From NCBI GenBank assembly GCA_964479945.1, contig CAYZNS010000004.1, positions 13,715 to 77,714 on the forward strand: a stretch of DNA of 64,000 nucleotides. Direction: 5' to 3'. Source of the stretch: an uncultured Candidatus Saccharibacteria bacterium. GTDB lineage: Bacteria > Patescibacteriota > Minisyncoccia > Ryanbacterales > 2-02-FULL-48-12. Below, piece by piece: positions 46,038-56,050 of the stretch. How positions within the stretch are numbered: the first letter of the stretch is position 1; each line of letters begins with the position of its first letter. A model generated the notes under the pieces. The model was not told the origin of the DNA and searched no databases. It worked only from the letters and a program-made list of their open reading frames with translations. A program made the position numbers and the translations under genes.

Positions 46038-46722
46038 GCCAGGATTGTGACTAGCCGGGCTTCGCACACGCCCTGCAAGGGCGCTGTGAGTAGCCAGGCT
46101 TGGCACACTCCCCCACCAAAATTTTTGGTGGGGGAGCACATCCGGAAAAAGGTGGACAAAAAATTAAAAGTATGCTAAAAACTATGCAGACAGCAAACTG
46201 CATAGTTTTTTTGAAAGGGGGATTTGAAATGTCTGATCAGGAAAAAATACATGTTGCGTTATGCAATATTGGCAACATACATCTCACTAGAAAGATGGGC
46301 GAAATTATAGTATTTTGCTCCTTTAATAACCATATCAATTTCTATTTTAATGAGTCGGGAGTGCTTGAGGAGATTGAACTTTATAATTCACCTTCGTATC
46401 ATAGAAATATCCTCCAAGCCAGACATGAGTGGACAGGAACGCTTATCGGCGTCCGGTTGGAAGGAGATGAGTTATATCTCTATCCAAATAACGCTGGACT
46501 CGTGAAAGTGAATCTGAGAACTGGTTTCTTATACACAAAGTAACATTGATTGGGAGAGGGTGATATTCTCTCCTTTTTTATTGACATTTTTGATGTGTGC
46601 GTATATCATATTGATATTAATCTATATGTAATTTATTTTTGAAGTTTCTGTATCAATGCATTCTGGATGTGCTCCCCAACCAAAATTTTTGGTGGGGGAG
46701 TGTACCAAGCCGGGCTACTCGC
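46038..46722. mobile_element. palindromic element copy D split by a ~520-nt insertion with 58-nt terminal inverted repeats and a cargo ORF
   Basis: left TIR 46086-46143 and right TIR 46665-46722 each contain the 29-nt palindrome CTCCCCCACCAAAATTTTTGGTGGGGGAG; interior has its own terminator, SD, low-GC ORF, second terminator and a TTGACA-17-TATCAT promoter. Confidence 0.5.
46229..46543 (+). CDS. hypothetical protein (104 aa), cargo of the inserted element
   Basis: SD AAGGGGGA; AT-rich codon usage; no family recognised; the track ORF begins at an upstream ATG (46100) inside the repeat. Confidence 0.45.
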   Translation: MSDQEKIHVALCNIGNIHLTRKMGEIIVFCSFNNHINFYFNESGVLEEIELYNSPSYHRNILQARHEWTGTLIGVRLEGDELYLYPNNAGLVKVNLRTGFLYTK

Positions 46723-46749
46723 ATCGCCATTTAAATTAGCCACATCACT

Positions 46750-47031
46750 ATGCAAAATACTAAAAAAACATGTGCCGGCTGTTTCCGCGTATTGGCGGAT
46801 GCCACGCGTATGGGGATTATTAAGCATTTGCAGGAAGGGGGCGCTCAAAATGTAAGCGCGCTCACGAAGCTTCTGCGCGTCTCGCAGCCGACGGTGTCGC
46901 ACCATCTGCACCGCCTCGCGGATGCCGGGTATGTAACGCGCACGCGCTTAGGAAAGCAAATACGGTATGAGTTTCGGAAAGATTATCCGTGCCGGGGATG
47001 CGGGGTGTTTTCAGCTCCTATACGGAGCTGA
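46750..47031 (+). CDS. ArsR/SmtB-family transcriptional regulator
   Basis: HTH ADATRMGIIKHLQEG…VSALTKLLRVSQPTVSHHLHRLADAGYV. Confidence 0.8.
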   Translation: MQNTKKTCAGCFRVLADATRMGIIKHLQEGGAQNVSALTKLLRVSQPTVSHHLHRLADAGYVTRTRLGKQIRYEFRKDYPCRGCGVFSAPIRS

Positions 47032-47067
47032 CAAGTTAAAAGTTAAAAGTGCAAAATGCAAAGTTAT

Positions 47068-47090
47068 GGTATCCCGCTTTCAGCGGGATG
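47068..47090 (+). terminator. GC hairpin terminator (GGTATCCCGC-tttcag-GCGGGATG) inside an A/T heptamer palindrome
   Basis: stem-loop flanked by gttaaaagtgcaaaatgcaaag / ttttgcactttgcactttg inverted arms. Confidence 0.5.
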
Positions 47091-47165
47091 ATTATATAAA
47101 TCCGTGAGCGAAGCGAACACCAAAATTTTGCACTTTGCACTTTGAATTTTGAACTAATATAGCAT

Positions 47166-48425
47166 ATGTCACAGCATGTAATCAAAGAAAATCATAAGCA
47201 AAAAACAACTATCAAACGCATATATGTAGACCATGCTGCCGCAACGCCGCTTGATCCGGTTGTGCTAAAGAAAATGATGCCGTATTTTACCAAGCAGTAC
47301 GGCAATCCATCATCCATTCATGCCGAGGGACGTGCCGCGCGTGCTGTCGTGGAGAATGCGCGGCGTGCTGTCGCGGATGTTTTGGGCGTCCGGCGCCAAG
47401 AAATTATATTTACCGGATCCGGCACTGAATCAATTGCTTTGGCACTCCGTGGTGTTTTGAGCGCGTATCCTGGCTCGCATCTGATCACCAGCGTGCTGGA
47501 ACATCCCGCCGTTGAGAAAAACGCGAAGCTTCTTTCCGAGGAGGGATATGCCGTATCTTTTGTGGGCGCCTCTGCCGCCGGCATTGTAGATACAAAGCGG
47601 CTAGCCGCTTCCATAACGCCGCAAACGACACTTGTATCTATAATCTACGTTAATAACGAAATAGGGTCGGTACAGCCTATAAAGGAAGTTGCGCGCGTAG
47701 TGCGGCGGGAGCGCAATCGGCGGCGCGCGGTGAGGGAGCAATTGCCGCTTTGGTTTCATATCGATGCCAGCCAGGCGCCTGCATATCATCCCTTGCGCGT
47801 AGATACATTGGGTGTTGATTTAATGACGCTCAACGCTTCAAAAATCTATGGTCCGAAAGGGATCGGTTTGTTATACAAGCGCAGCGCCGTTTCATTGCAG
47901 GCGCTTTGGGAAGGCGGCGGGCAGGAGGGCGGCATGCGCAGCGGCACGGAACATGTGGCAGGTATCGTAGGGTTTGCCGCAGCTTTGGGGCAGTTGATAC
48001 GGATGCAGTCGAAAGAATGCGCGCGCATGAAGCAACTGCAGGCATATTTTCTCTCTCGCCTGCAGGGCATGATTCCCGCAGCCGTTCTCAACGGCCCGCC
48101 GGCAGGAAACATACGTACGCCAAATAACGTGCATGTTTCTATTCCTGGCATTGCGGCAGAAAGCCTTGTTTTGTACCTTGACGCAAAGGGTGTTTCTGCG
48201 TCCACAGGTTCCGCTTGCAGCGCTCATAGTAACGAGGTGTCTCGTGGTATACTGCATATATTACAAAAGAGCTACGCGAATGACGGTGGCGTGCGGTTTA
48301 CTATGGGGCGCGGTACGACGAAGCGCGATGTTGATTATGTCGTAGGCACGCTTCGTAAGTGCGTGGACATATTAAAACGGGCACCGACGTTGGGAAGAAT
48401 TGAGAAAAACGTTATATGGCATTAG
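47166..48425 (+). CDS. cysteine desulfurase (NifS/IscS-like class V aminotransferase)
   Basis: IYVDHAAATP…, PLP Lys in …SKIYGPKGIG…, catalytic Cys loop. Confidence 0.85.
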   Translation: MSQHVIKENHKQKTTIKRIYVDHAAATPLDPVVLKKMMPYFTKQYGNPSSIHAEGRAARAVVENARRAVADVLGVRRQEIIFTGSGTESIALALRGVLSAYPGSHLITSVLEHPAVEKNAKLLSEEGYAVSFVGASAAGIVDTKRLAASITPQTTLVSIIYVNNEIGSVQPIKEVARVVRRERNRRRAVREQLPLWFHIDASQAPAYHPLRVDTLGVDLMTLNASKIYGPKGIGLLYKRSAVSLQALWEGGGQEGGMRSGTEHVAGIVGFAAALGQLIRMQSKECARMKQLQAYFLSRLQGMIPAAVLNGPPAGNIRTPNNVHVSIPGIAAESLVLYLDAKGVSASTGSACSAHSNEVSRGILHILQKSYANDGGVRFTMGRGTTKRDVDYVVGTLRKCVDILKRAPTLGRIEKNVIWH

Positions 48426-48649
48426 AAAGAAAAAAAGTGGGAAAAATTTTTGTTGACCGTGATTTATGCATTGGCGCGGCAAGCTGCATTGCGGTCGCGC
48501 CAGATACGTTTGAATTGGATCGGGAAAACAAAGCAATTGTGAAAGACAAGAACGCATCAGATGATGAAACGCTGCTGTTGGCAGCGCAATCGTGCCCGAC
48601 CAAGGCAATAATTGTTTATGATGAAGAGGGGAATCAGATATACCCGTAA
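48416..48649 (+). CDS. small 4Fe-4S ferredoxin
   Basis: DxCIGAASC…CP motif, 77 aa. Confidence 0.6.
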   Translation: MALERKKVGKIFVDRDLCIGAASCIAVAPDTFELDRENKAIVKDKNASDDETLLLAAQSCPTKAIIVYDEEGNQIYP

Positions 48650-48687
48650 AAAATGCAAAATGTAAAAATCAAAATGTAAAATTTTTG

Positions 48688-48709
48688 TATTCCGGCGAAG
48701 CCGGAATCA
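48688..48709 (+). terminator. GC hairpin terminator (TTCCGGC-gaa-GCCGGAA) inside an aaatg/cattt heptamer palindrome
   Basis: seen directly; between ferredoxin and SOD genes. Confidence 0.5.
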
Positions 48710-48778
48710 TTTTAGCATTTTACATTGTCATTTTGCATTTTGATTTTTACATTTTAAATTATAAACTAACAAGAAAAT

Positions 48779-49366
48779 ATGCATACTATAAAACCACTAA
48801 ACTATAAGGAGTTGCAAGGACTCTCGGAGAAACAGCTCACGGAGCATCATGACGTTCTGTATGCTGGCTATGTTAAAAAAATCGGCGAGATTGACGAAAA
48901 GCTTAAAACAACAGACAAATCTGCGGCCAATGCGACATACAGCGAATTCGGCGAGTTAAAGCGGGAAGAAACCTTCGCATTGAACGGCGTTAAGCTGCAT
49001 GAAGGATATTTTGACAACATGAAGCCGGACGGTTCACCGTGTTCCGGAAAAATCCGCGAACTTATTGAGCGCGATTTTGGATCCTATGAGGCATGGGAAG
49101 AGGAATTCCGCGCGGCGGGCATTGCGGGCCGCGGCTGGGTAGTGCTGGGATACGACCTTGAGGAAGGCAAGCTGCGCAACGTGTTATGCGATGCGCACAA
49201 CCATGGCGGCGTGTGGAATATGATAGCATTGTTCATTATGGACATCTATGAGCATGCCTATTTTCTTGACTATGGCACTGGAAGGAAAGCATATATTGAA
49301 GCGTTTTTCAAAAATCTAAACTGGGAACATGTGAATGGGTTATTGGAGAAATATAAAATAGGGTGA
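48779..49366 (+). CDS. Fe/Mn superoxide dismutase
   Basis: H…H metal ligands, C-terminal DxYEHAYFLDY…NW motif. Confidence 0.85.
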   Translation: MHTIKPLNYKELQGLSEKQLTEHHDVLYAGYVKKIGEIDEKLKTTDKSAANATYSEFGELKREETFALNGVKLHEGYFDNMKPDGSPCSGKIRELIERDFGSYEAWEEEFRAAGIAGRGWVVLGYDLEEGKLRNVLCDAHNHGGVWNMIALFIMDIYEHAYFLDYGTGRKAYIEAFFKNLNWEHVNGLLEKYKIG

Positions 49367-49418
49367 AGCGAAATGTGTAGATTGATCTTTACAGCCGTTC
49401 TATTTTGAGATATAATAT

Positions 49419-50624
49419 ATGCCAATGGAAGACCTTACCAAGAAACAAATGGTACTCCTGATGCTACTGGTCAGTTTTGTTACGTCGCTTTCTACCGTAG
49501 TGGTAACGCTCTCCATTTTAGACGAGGTTCCGGAAGCCGCACCGCAGACAATTTTACAGCGCGTGATACAGCGCGTTACGGATAAATCGGAGGACGTTTC
49601 AGAGAGAGGCGAAGTTGTTATTAAAGAAGAGGACCTTGTTATAGAAGTTGCTGCGCAAGCGTCGCCCGCCGTGGTAAGTATTGTGGCCGCAAAGGATCTT
49701 CCGGTGGTTCAGCGTTTTTTCTTTGATCCGTTCGGCAGCGGAGATATCAGTGGTGGGACGGAACATCGCGAAATAGGCCGCGGATCCGGTTTTATCGTCT
49801 CAAAAGACGGCATGCTGGTGACCAACCGTCATGTAGTGAGCGATTTGGAAGCGGAATATACCGTTATTTTAAGTTCCGGAAATACCTATCAGGCAAACGT
49901 ATTAGCGCGCGATCCTGTTCACGATATTGCTATCCTTACAATTGACGGCGGCCCGTTTCCTTTCGTGCCGCTGGGAAATTCAGATACCATCCGCATCGGA
50001 CAGACGGTTATTGCAATTGGCAATGCTTTGGGCGAGTTTGATAATACCGTGTCGGTGGGTATATTATCGGGGAAAGAGCGTACGCTGACGGCATTCGGCG
50101 GCAGCGCGGGTCCCAGTGATCTGCAGCGGGTTTTGCAGACGGATGCCGCAATTAACCCGGGAAACTCCGGCGGACCGCTGTTGAATACCGCGGGCGAAGT
50201 AATTGGCATCAATACGGCAATCGTCTCGGGCGCCGAGAATATTGGGTTTGCCGTACCCGTAAATATCGCGCGGCGCGATATAGAACAAGTAAAGAAAACT
50301 GGGCGCATTATCTATCCCTTTCTCGGCGTGCGTTATGTTACTATTACCGATGCCATACGCCAAGAGAATGGTATACATGCCAAGTTCGGCGTATTGGTGG
50401 TAGGCAGCGCGCAAAATCCGGCGGTACTGCCCGGATCGCCTGCGGATAAAGCGGGGTTGCGTGAAGGCGATATTATTACGCACGCGGGTGGCACGATGCT
50501 TGATCGTGATACATCACTTGCGGAGATTATCCAGATGAAAAATGTCGGCGACACGGTGACGCTCACCGTACAGCGAGAAGGCAAGAATATGTTGATGACG
50601 GTTACGCTGGCGGAACGCCCCTAG
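49419..50624 (+). CDS. htrA: HtrA/DegP-family serine protease with PDZ domain
   Basis: catalytic triad context GSGFIV…NRHVV…GNSGGPLLN, C-terminal PDZ. Confidence 0.85.
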   Translation: MPMEDLTKKQMVLLMLLVSFVTSLSTVVVTLSILDEVPEAAPQTILQRVIQRVTDKSEDVSERGEVVIKEEDLVIEVAAQASPAVVSIVAAKDLPVVQRFFFDPFGSGDISGGTEHREIGRGSGFIVSKDGMLVTNRHVVSDLEAEYTVILSSGNTYQANVLARDPVHDIAILTIDGGPFPFVPLGNSDTIRIGQTVIAIGNALGEFDNTVSVGILSGKERTLTAFGGSAGPSDLQRVLQTDAAINPGNSGGPLLNTAGEVIGINTAIVSGAENIGFAVPVNIARRDIEQVKKTGRIIYPFLGVRYVTITDAIRQENGIHAKFGVLVVGSAQNPAVLPGSPADKAGLREGDIITHAGGTMLDRDTSLAEIIQMKNVGDTVTLTVQREGKNMLMTVTLAERP

Positions 50625-50660
50625 AAAATTAAAAGTTAAAAATTAAAAGTGCAAAGTGTT

Positions 50661-50684
50661 GGTATTCCGGCTGCGCCGGAATGA
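50661..50684 (+). terminator. GC hairpin terminator (TTCCGGC-tgc-GCCGGAA)
   Basis: same family as 48688 with compensatory loop change. Confidence 0.5.
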
Positions 50685-50806
50685 ATGTACTGTGAATTAC
50701 GAAATGCATTATTTGACATCTGGAATGTGTCATTTCGTAATTCACAGAATGTATATAATCCGTGAGCGAAGCGAACACCAAAATTTTGAATTTTGCACTT
50801 TAAATT

Positions 50807-53500
50807 TTGAATTTATATATGACTCCATTTCATAATTTTACGGTAAAAGCCCAGGAAGCGCTCAAGCGGGCCCACGAGCTCGCCATTGAGCGCGGGCACA
50901 ATCAGATAGACGCGCTCCATCTTTTAAGCGCGCTGTTGCTGCAGGATGACGGCGTTGTCATTTCTCTTTTGGATAAGCTGGAAGTGGATACGCAGCTGAT
51001 GCTGGATTCTATTCTTGATAAGCTCAACGGCGGCACGCGCGGCGACCTTTTGACGCCCTCGCCGCAGATCTACCTGACGCAGGAATTAGCGCGGGTTTTG
51101 GAAGAATCGCATAAAGCTGCGGCCCAGCTCAACGACGAATTTATCTCAACGGAACATTTATTTATAGCGCTTTTGGACGTGCCGTCCCGTGCGGCCGATA
51201 TGCTTTCCAAATTCCGCATAGATAAAGAAGTTGTGTTACGGATCCTTCACGAAATCCGCGGATCGCAGACCGTTACCGACATGGAGCCGGAGACAAAATA
51301 CCAATCGCTGGAAAAATACGCGCGCAATTTGACGCGCCTTGCCAAAGAAGAAAAGCTGGACCCGGTCATCGGCCGGGAAGAAGAAGTGCGCCGCGTGATG
51401 CAGATTCTCTCGCGCCGCACCAAAAATAATCCCGTGCTCATCGGCGAGCCCGGCGTGGGGAAGACGGCTATTGTGGAGGGCTTGGCCCAGCGCATCGTAA
51501 TGGGCGACGTGCCAGAAAGCTTAAAAGAGAGGGAACTCATCGCGCTGGATCTTGGCGCGTTGGTTGCGGGTACTAAGTATCGGGGCGAATTTGAAGAGCG
51601 CTTGAAAGCGGTGCTTCGGGAAATTGACCGCGCGGCGGGGAAAATACTCTTGTTCATAGATGAGCTTCATACGCTGGTTGGCGCGGGTGCGGCCGAGGGC
51701 GCCATTGACGCCTCTAACATGTTGAAGCCCGCGCTTGCCCGCGGGGAATTGCATGCCATAGGAGCTACCACGCTAAAGGAATATCAAAAATATATTGAAC
51801 GCGATATGGCGTTGGCGCGGCGATTCCAGCCCGTGTATGTGGAAGAGCCATCAATAGATGACGCTATCGCCATCCTCCGCGGCTTAAAGCAGAAATACGA
51901 GCTTCATCACGGCGTGCGCATCACCGATAGCGCAATTGTAGGGGCGGTACAGCTCTCAAGCCGATACATTGCAGACCGGTTTCTGCCGGACAAAGCGGTT
52001 GATTTGATAGATGAAGCCGCCTCCTCTCTGCGGTTGGATATTGATTCCATGCCGAAAGATCTTGACCGGGCGCGCCGCGAGATTATGCGCCTGGAGATTG
52101 AGAAAGAAGCGCTCAAGCGCGAGGCGGAGCCGTCGGCTAAGCAGAAAGTCAAGAAAATTCAAAAACAAATTGAGGAGCTCAAGGAAAAAACGGGGGGACT
52201 GGAGCTCAAATGGAAAAATGAAAAGGAGGCGATCGTCGGCATCCGCGGAATGAAAAAGGAACTCGACGCGATGCGCCAGGAATCCGATGCGGCGGAACGC
52301 GCGGGGAATTTGGCGAAAGTTGCCGAAATCCGCTACGGCCGTATTCCCGCGTTGGAAAAAAATATCAGCGATGAAGAGGCGCGCCTGGGCAAACTGCAAT
52401 CCGCGCGCCATATATTGAAAGAAAGCGTTGCGGAAGAAGACATCGCCGAGGTAATTTCCCGATGGACGGGGGTACCCGTGATGCGCATGCTGGAGGAGGA
52501 GGCAAAGAAATTGCTCACCATGGAGGACGTGCTTCAAAAACGCGTGGTGGGGCAGGAAGAAGCAATCTCCAAAGTAGCGCAGGCAATCCGCCGTTCGCGC
52601 GCGGGCGTAGGAGAAGAGGACCGGCCGGTTGGCTCGTTTATGTTTTTGGGCCCCACGGGTGTCGGGAAAACTGAGCTTGCTCGCGCCTTGGCCGAGTTTC
52701 TTTTCAACGATGAAAAATCGCTTATCCGCGTGGATATGTCTGAATATATGGAGCGTCACACGGTGTCTAAGTTTATCGGATCTCCTCCCGGATACGTGGG
52801 GCATGAAGAAGGCGGGCAGCTGACTGAGCTTATCCGCCACCGGCCGTATTCCGTGGTGCTGTTTGACGAAATTGAAAAAGCGCATCCAGAGGTGTTTAAC
52901 ATCATGCTGCAAGTGCTTGACAATGGCCGGCTTACGGACGCGAAAGGTCGGCATGTTAATTTCAAAAATTCTGTCATTATCATGACGTCCAATATCGGCT
53001 CCGAGTACGTGCGCGAGATGGAACGCTTGGGATTTGCGGCCGGCGAGGAAGATACAAAAGAGCGCCGTGAAGATAATTTGAAATCAAAAATCCGGCAGGC
53101 ATTGGAGCGCAACTTCCGCCCCGAGTTCTTAAACCGCCTTGATGAAATTTTGATATTCAACAGCTTATCGCCTGAAATTTTGAGCGAGATAGTGAAAATC
53201 CAGCTTGACCGCGTTGCGCGTCGTCTGGAGCAAAAACAAATTGCGCTTAAAGTAAGCGCGGAAGCTCGCAAGTTCTTAGCGCGCGAAGGCCATGATCCGC
53301 ATTATGGCGCGCGGCCGCTTAAGCGTTATATTCAAAATCACATCCTAAACCCGCTTGCGGAACATATTGTAGGCGGCAAAATCAAGCCGGACAGCGCCAT
53401 ACGTGTGGAAATTCGCGATGGACGGCTGGTACTGGAGACCGATCGCAGGCACGTGAAAAAGGAAGCGCGCAAAGAAGAGCCGGTTGCCGCAGGGGTGTAA
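50807..53500 (+). CDS. clpB: ATP-dependent chaperone ClpB
   Basis: Clp-N, two AAA+ modules with Walker motifs, middle coiled-coil domain, 897 aa. Confidence 0.95.
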   Translation: MNLYMTPFHNFTVKAQEALKRAHELAIERGHNQIDALHLLSALLLQDDGVVISLLDKLEVDTQLMLDSILDKLNGGTRGDLLTPSPQIYLTQELARVLEESHKAAAQLNDEFISTEHLFIALLDVPSRAADMLSKFRIDKEVVLRILHEIRGSQTVTDMEPETKYQSLEKYARNLTRLAKEEKLDPVIGREEEVRRVMQILSRRTKNNPVLIGEPGVGKTAIVEGLAQRIVMGDVPESLKERELIALDLGALVAGTKYRGEFEERLKAVLREIDRAAGKILLFIDELHTLVGAGAAEGAIDASNMLKPALARGELHAIGATTLKEYQKYIERDMALARRFQPVYVEEPSIDDAIAILRGLKQKYELHHGVRITDSAIVGAVQLSSRYIADRFLPDKAVDLIDEAASSLRLDIDSMPKDLDRARREIMRLEIEKEALKREAEPSAKQKVKKIQKQIEELKEKTGGLELKWKNEKEAIVGIRGMKKELDAMRQESDAAERAGNLAKVAEIRYGRIPALEKNISDEEARLGKLQSARHILKESVAEEDIAEVISRWTGVPVMRMLEEEAKKLLTMEDVLQKRVVGQEEAISKVAQAIRRSRAGVGEEDRPVGSFMFLGPTGVGKTELARALAEFLFNDEKSLIRVDMSEYMERHTVSKFIGSPPGYVGHEEGGQLTELIRHRPYSVVLFDEIEKAHPEVFNIMLQVLDNGRLTDAKGRHVNFKNSVIIMTSNIGSEYVREMERLGFAAGEEDTKERREDNLKSKIRQALERNFRPEFLNRLDEILIFNSLSPEILSEIVKIQLDRVARRLEQKQIALKVSAEARKFLAREGHDPHYGARPLKRYIQNHILNPLAEHIVGGKIKPDSAIRVEIRDGRLVLETDRRHVKKEARKEEPVAAGV

Positions 53501-53574
53501 ACTTGTTGTGAATAGTTACCCAACTTCCTCTTGAGAAGTCGGGCCTTTTGTGATATAGTAGATGTATACTATGA

Positions 53575-53608
53575 ATTACGAAACTCTGTCAACGTTGTCA
53601 TTGCGAGG
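53575..53608 (+). repeat. 34-nt dispersed motif, copy 2, followed by GAGCGAAGCGA box and CTCGCAATGAC inverted partner
   Basis: seen directly. Confidence 0.6.
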
Positions 53609-53693
53609 AGCGAAGCGACGTAGCAATCTCATAATTTTCAATACGCTCGCAATGACAATATTCTGATGTTTCATAAATCAAAAAATTATATGT

Positions 53694-53777
53694 GGGTCGG
53701 TGGCGGAGCGGTCAATCGCACTAGACTGTAAATCTAGCGCCTATATGGCTACGCAGGTTCGAATCCTGCCCGGCCCA
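53694..53777 (+). tRNA. tRNA-Tyr (anticodon GTA), class II long variable arm
   Basis: GGGTCGG…CTAGA-CTGTAAA-TCTAG-CGCCTATATGGCTAC-GCAGG-TTCGAAT-CCTGC-CCGGCCC-A. Confidence 0.8.
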
Positions 53778-54081
53778 CAAAACAGGATTTTGTAAAATTT
53801 TGATGCCCACCCCATCCTCGCTTTCCGATTTTGTTTTAAAAACTTGATTTTTTCTATGTTTTTGGTTATATGCATTAGAGGGTGGTCAAGCTGGTGCTTG
53901 GCTCAATTTGTATCTTGAAAATTAAACAATGGAATATGCAATACGTTCCCTACGTGTTGCAACTTGCAACTGATGTTGAAAAAAATTACGGCGATTTAAA
54001 TATTGTCCAGGTGGCTCGCGCAGTCGCTGTGGTTCGTTCAACATCTACTTCATTGGGCTTAGCCCGGAAAGGAGAATAGTT

Positions 54082-54843
54082 ATGATCTGTAACACGACGT
54101 TGGATCGGCTGGCTCTTGAAGTTTTAAGGGCCGATGCACTGGAACTTAGAGATGTTCCGAAAAAGGTGACTAACGAAGAAGTGGAGTACTTGCCTCTTAA
54201 CACGCAACCATTTCTTTACGCCTCGGGTAACTGGGGTCCCGGTTACCTCATGATTAAGGGTCTGGTCGGCAATAAGCCGTTGATCAGGTGCCTTGGCCGC
54301 TACTTGGCGTTTGAAATCGGCGAGAAATGGTCGACCGAAATCGACTTTGTTGCCGGCAACGTTACCGGCGGCATGATCCTTGGGTGGTTGATCAGCGAGG
54401 AATTGGAGGTTCTTCTCGGCAAGCGGATCCCATTCGTTTACATTCGTGAACTTCGGAAAACTGGCGGCCAAAAGGAACTCATCACCGGATATCAAAAGAA
54501 TCAGGAAATCCCCCCCGGCTCCAGCGGCTTGGACATGGAAGAACTGGTCAACTTCGCCCAGACCATTGTCAACGGCGCGGTTTGCCTTCGCGAAGCGGGC
54601 TTCGTTTGCACGAAGGGTGCTTGCGTCCTTTACTACGACAACCCCGTCGCGAACAGGAATTTGGCCGAAGCCGGAATCGAAATGGTTTCATTGCTTACTC
54701 TTCCCAGGGTCATCGACGTGGCCGAGCGGTTTAGCACGCATCCCAAGGAACTCTTGGCTGAGTACCGCGAATTCTTGAGGAATCCGCTACAATGGCAGGC
54801 TGATCGCGGTTTGACGCATGTAGAGAAGGGGGGCACGAAATGA
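54082..54843 (+). CDS. type I phosphoribosyltransferase, orotate-PRTase-like with divergent PRPP loop
   Basis: VAGNVTGGMILGWLISEEL and GSSGLDMEELVNFAQTIVNGAVCLREAGF align to PyrE blocks but the PRPP-binding loop (GSSGLDMEELVNFAQT) lacks the canonical acidic (V/L)(V/I)DD(V/I) signature; strong SD AAAGGAG; ATGA overlap with pyrF. Confidence 0.55.
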   Translation: MICNTTLDRLALEVLRADALELRDVPKKVTNEEVEYLPLNTQPFLYASGNWGPGYLMIKGLVGNKPLIRCLGRYLAFEIGEKWSTEIDFVAGNVTGGMILGWLISEELEVLLGKRIPFVYIRELRKTGGQKELITGYQKNQEIPPGSSGLDMEELVNFAQTIVNGAVCLREAGFVCTKGACVLYYDNPVANRNLAEAGIEMVSLLTLPRVIDVAERFSTHPKELLAEYREFLRNPLQWQADRGLTHVEKGGTK

Positions 54844-55532
54844 AGAGTCCATTGCTTTTCATGGCCCTCGACGATCTCAACAACAAGGAACAGGAAACCC
54901 TGAAGGCAGTTCGAGAACTCGATCAAGTGCCTGGCAACTTCGGGTACAAGATCAATCTTGACTGTATGATGGCAGAAGGTGTCTGCGCGATCATCCGCAA
55001 ACTACCGGTCTCGCGTCCGATTTTTGCCGACACCAAGACATGGAATGGCAAACGGACAATGACCGACCTTGCCAAAATGCTGGTTGATGCCGGCGTGGAC
55101 TATTTCAACGTCTGGGTTCAGGCGGACGATCAGCTCGCAGGCGCGGTCAAGGCCACTGAGGATTCTAATACCAAAATTCTTGGAGTTACTGTGCTCACTC
55201 ATTACAGCGATGATTGGTGCAGGATGTATTTCCGCCGTTCGCTTGAGGAGACAGTTGTATTTCTTACTCAACGAGCCAAGGATCTCGGTTTGCACGGTGT
55301 CGTTCTGCCGGGGACTTGCTTGTCCGCGGTCAAAGACAGCGATCTGATCAAGACTGTGCCCGGAATCCGCATGGAGGATTTCAAGGACGACAGGCACAAG
55401 CAGGAGATCACTCCGGAATTCGCCGCTCAAAACGGAGCGGACATAGTCGTGTGCGGAAGCCCGATTATGAAGGTTCTCAACAAAGCGGACGCGCTTCGTC
55501 GGGTTCTTTCGCGATTAACTATCGCACCGTGA
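54840..55532 (+). CDS. pyrF: orotidine 5'-phosphate decarboxylase
   Basis: MALDDL, FADTKTWN(K), C-terminal VCGSPI motif. Confidence 0.75.
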   Translation: MKSPLLFMALDDLNNKEQETLKAVRELDQVPGNFGYKINLDCMMAEGVCAIIRKLPVSRPIFADTKTWNGKRTMTDLAKMLVDAGVDYFNVWVQADDQLAGAVKATEDSNTKILGVTVLTHYSDDWCRMYFRRSLEETVVFLTQRAKDLGLHGVVLPGTCLSAVKDSDLIKTVPGIRMEDFKDDRHKQEITPEFAAQNGADIVVCGSPIMKVLNKADALRRVLSRLTIAP

Positions 55533-55757
55533 ACAACAAGAGGTTCAGCGGCACCTTGTCACAACAAGACAAAGCCGCTTTTTTCTTTGCTAAAAACTTT
55601 CCCTTAAGAAACAGGGCTGTTGGGGCGAAATTATGATAAAAACGCCCCGACACGGTCGTGGCGCTTCCTTTTCTCAAGCGTTTTTGATAAAGTGAGTCCG
55701 AGCAGAGTTGTATAAAGACGCCAATCAGATAAAAAAGATAAAAGTCAGATTTAAAAA

Positions 55758-55829
55758 GCCGGAGTAGTTCAGTGGCAGAACGCCATCTTGGTAAGATGGA
55801 AGTCGAGAGTTCGATTCTCTCTTCCGGCT
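55758..55829 (+). tRNA. tRNA-Thr (anticodon GGT)
   Basis: GCCGGAG-TA-GTTC-AGTGGCA-GAAC-G-CCATC-TTGGTAA-GATGG-AAGTC-GAGAG-TTCGATT-CTCTC-TTCCGGC-T. Confidence 0.8.
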
Positions 55830-55887
55830 CTGTACTTTGCGTGATAGATATGATATATTACGAATATTATTTTTCAACACCCAATCT

Positions 55888-56046
55888 ATGAGTCAGGATA
55901 ATCTCATTAAATTTCAATGCAGCGCTTGTAAGCGCGTTAATTATTGGTCAAGCAAAAACCGCCGGAACGTAGAGCGGAAAATTGAACTTGCCAAATTTTG
56001 CCGCTGGTGCAAAAAACATACATCTCACAAGGAATCCAAGAAATAA
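55888..56046 (+). CDS. rpmG: 50S ribosomal protein L33
   Basis: FQCSACKRVNYWSSKNRRN…KFCRWCKKHTSHKE; between tRNA-Thr and tRNA-Trp. Confidence 0.8.
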   Translation: MSQDNLIKFQCSACKRVNYWSSKNRRNVERKIELAKFCRWCKKHTSHKESKK

Positions 56047-56050
56047 ACAG

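Noticed and set aside
46100-46228. Upstream ATG start (46100) of the cargo ORF giving 147 aa
   Set aside because: The extension lies within the inverted repeat and the hairpin terminator and lacks an SD. The ATG at 46229 has a strong AAGGGGGA SD.
27734-46722. Possibility that the recurring palindromic elements form a CRISPR array
   Set aside because: Copies are dispersed over 20 kb with no regular repeat-spacer periodicity and no adjacent cas genes. The repeats are long nested palindromes rather than 25-40-nt direct repeats.
51956-52954. 332-aa minus-strand ORF
   Set aside because: Antisense to clpB.
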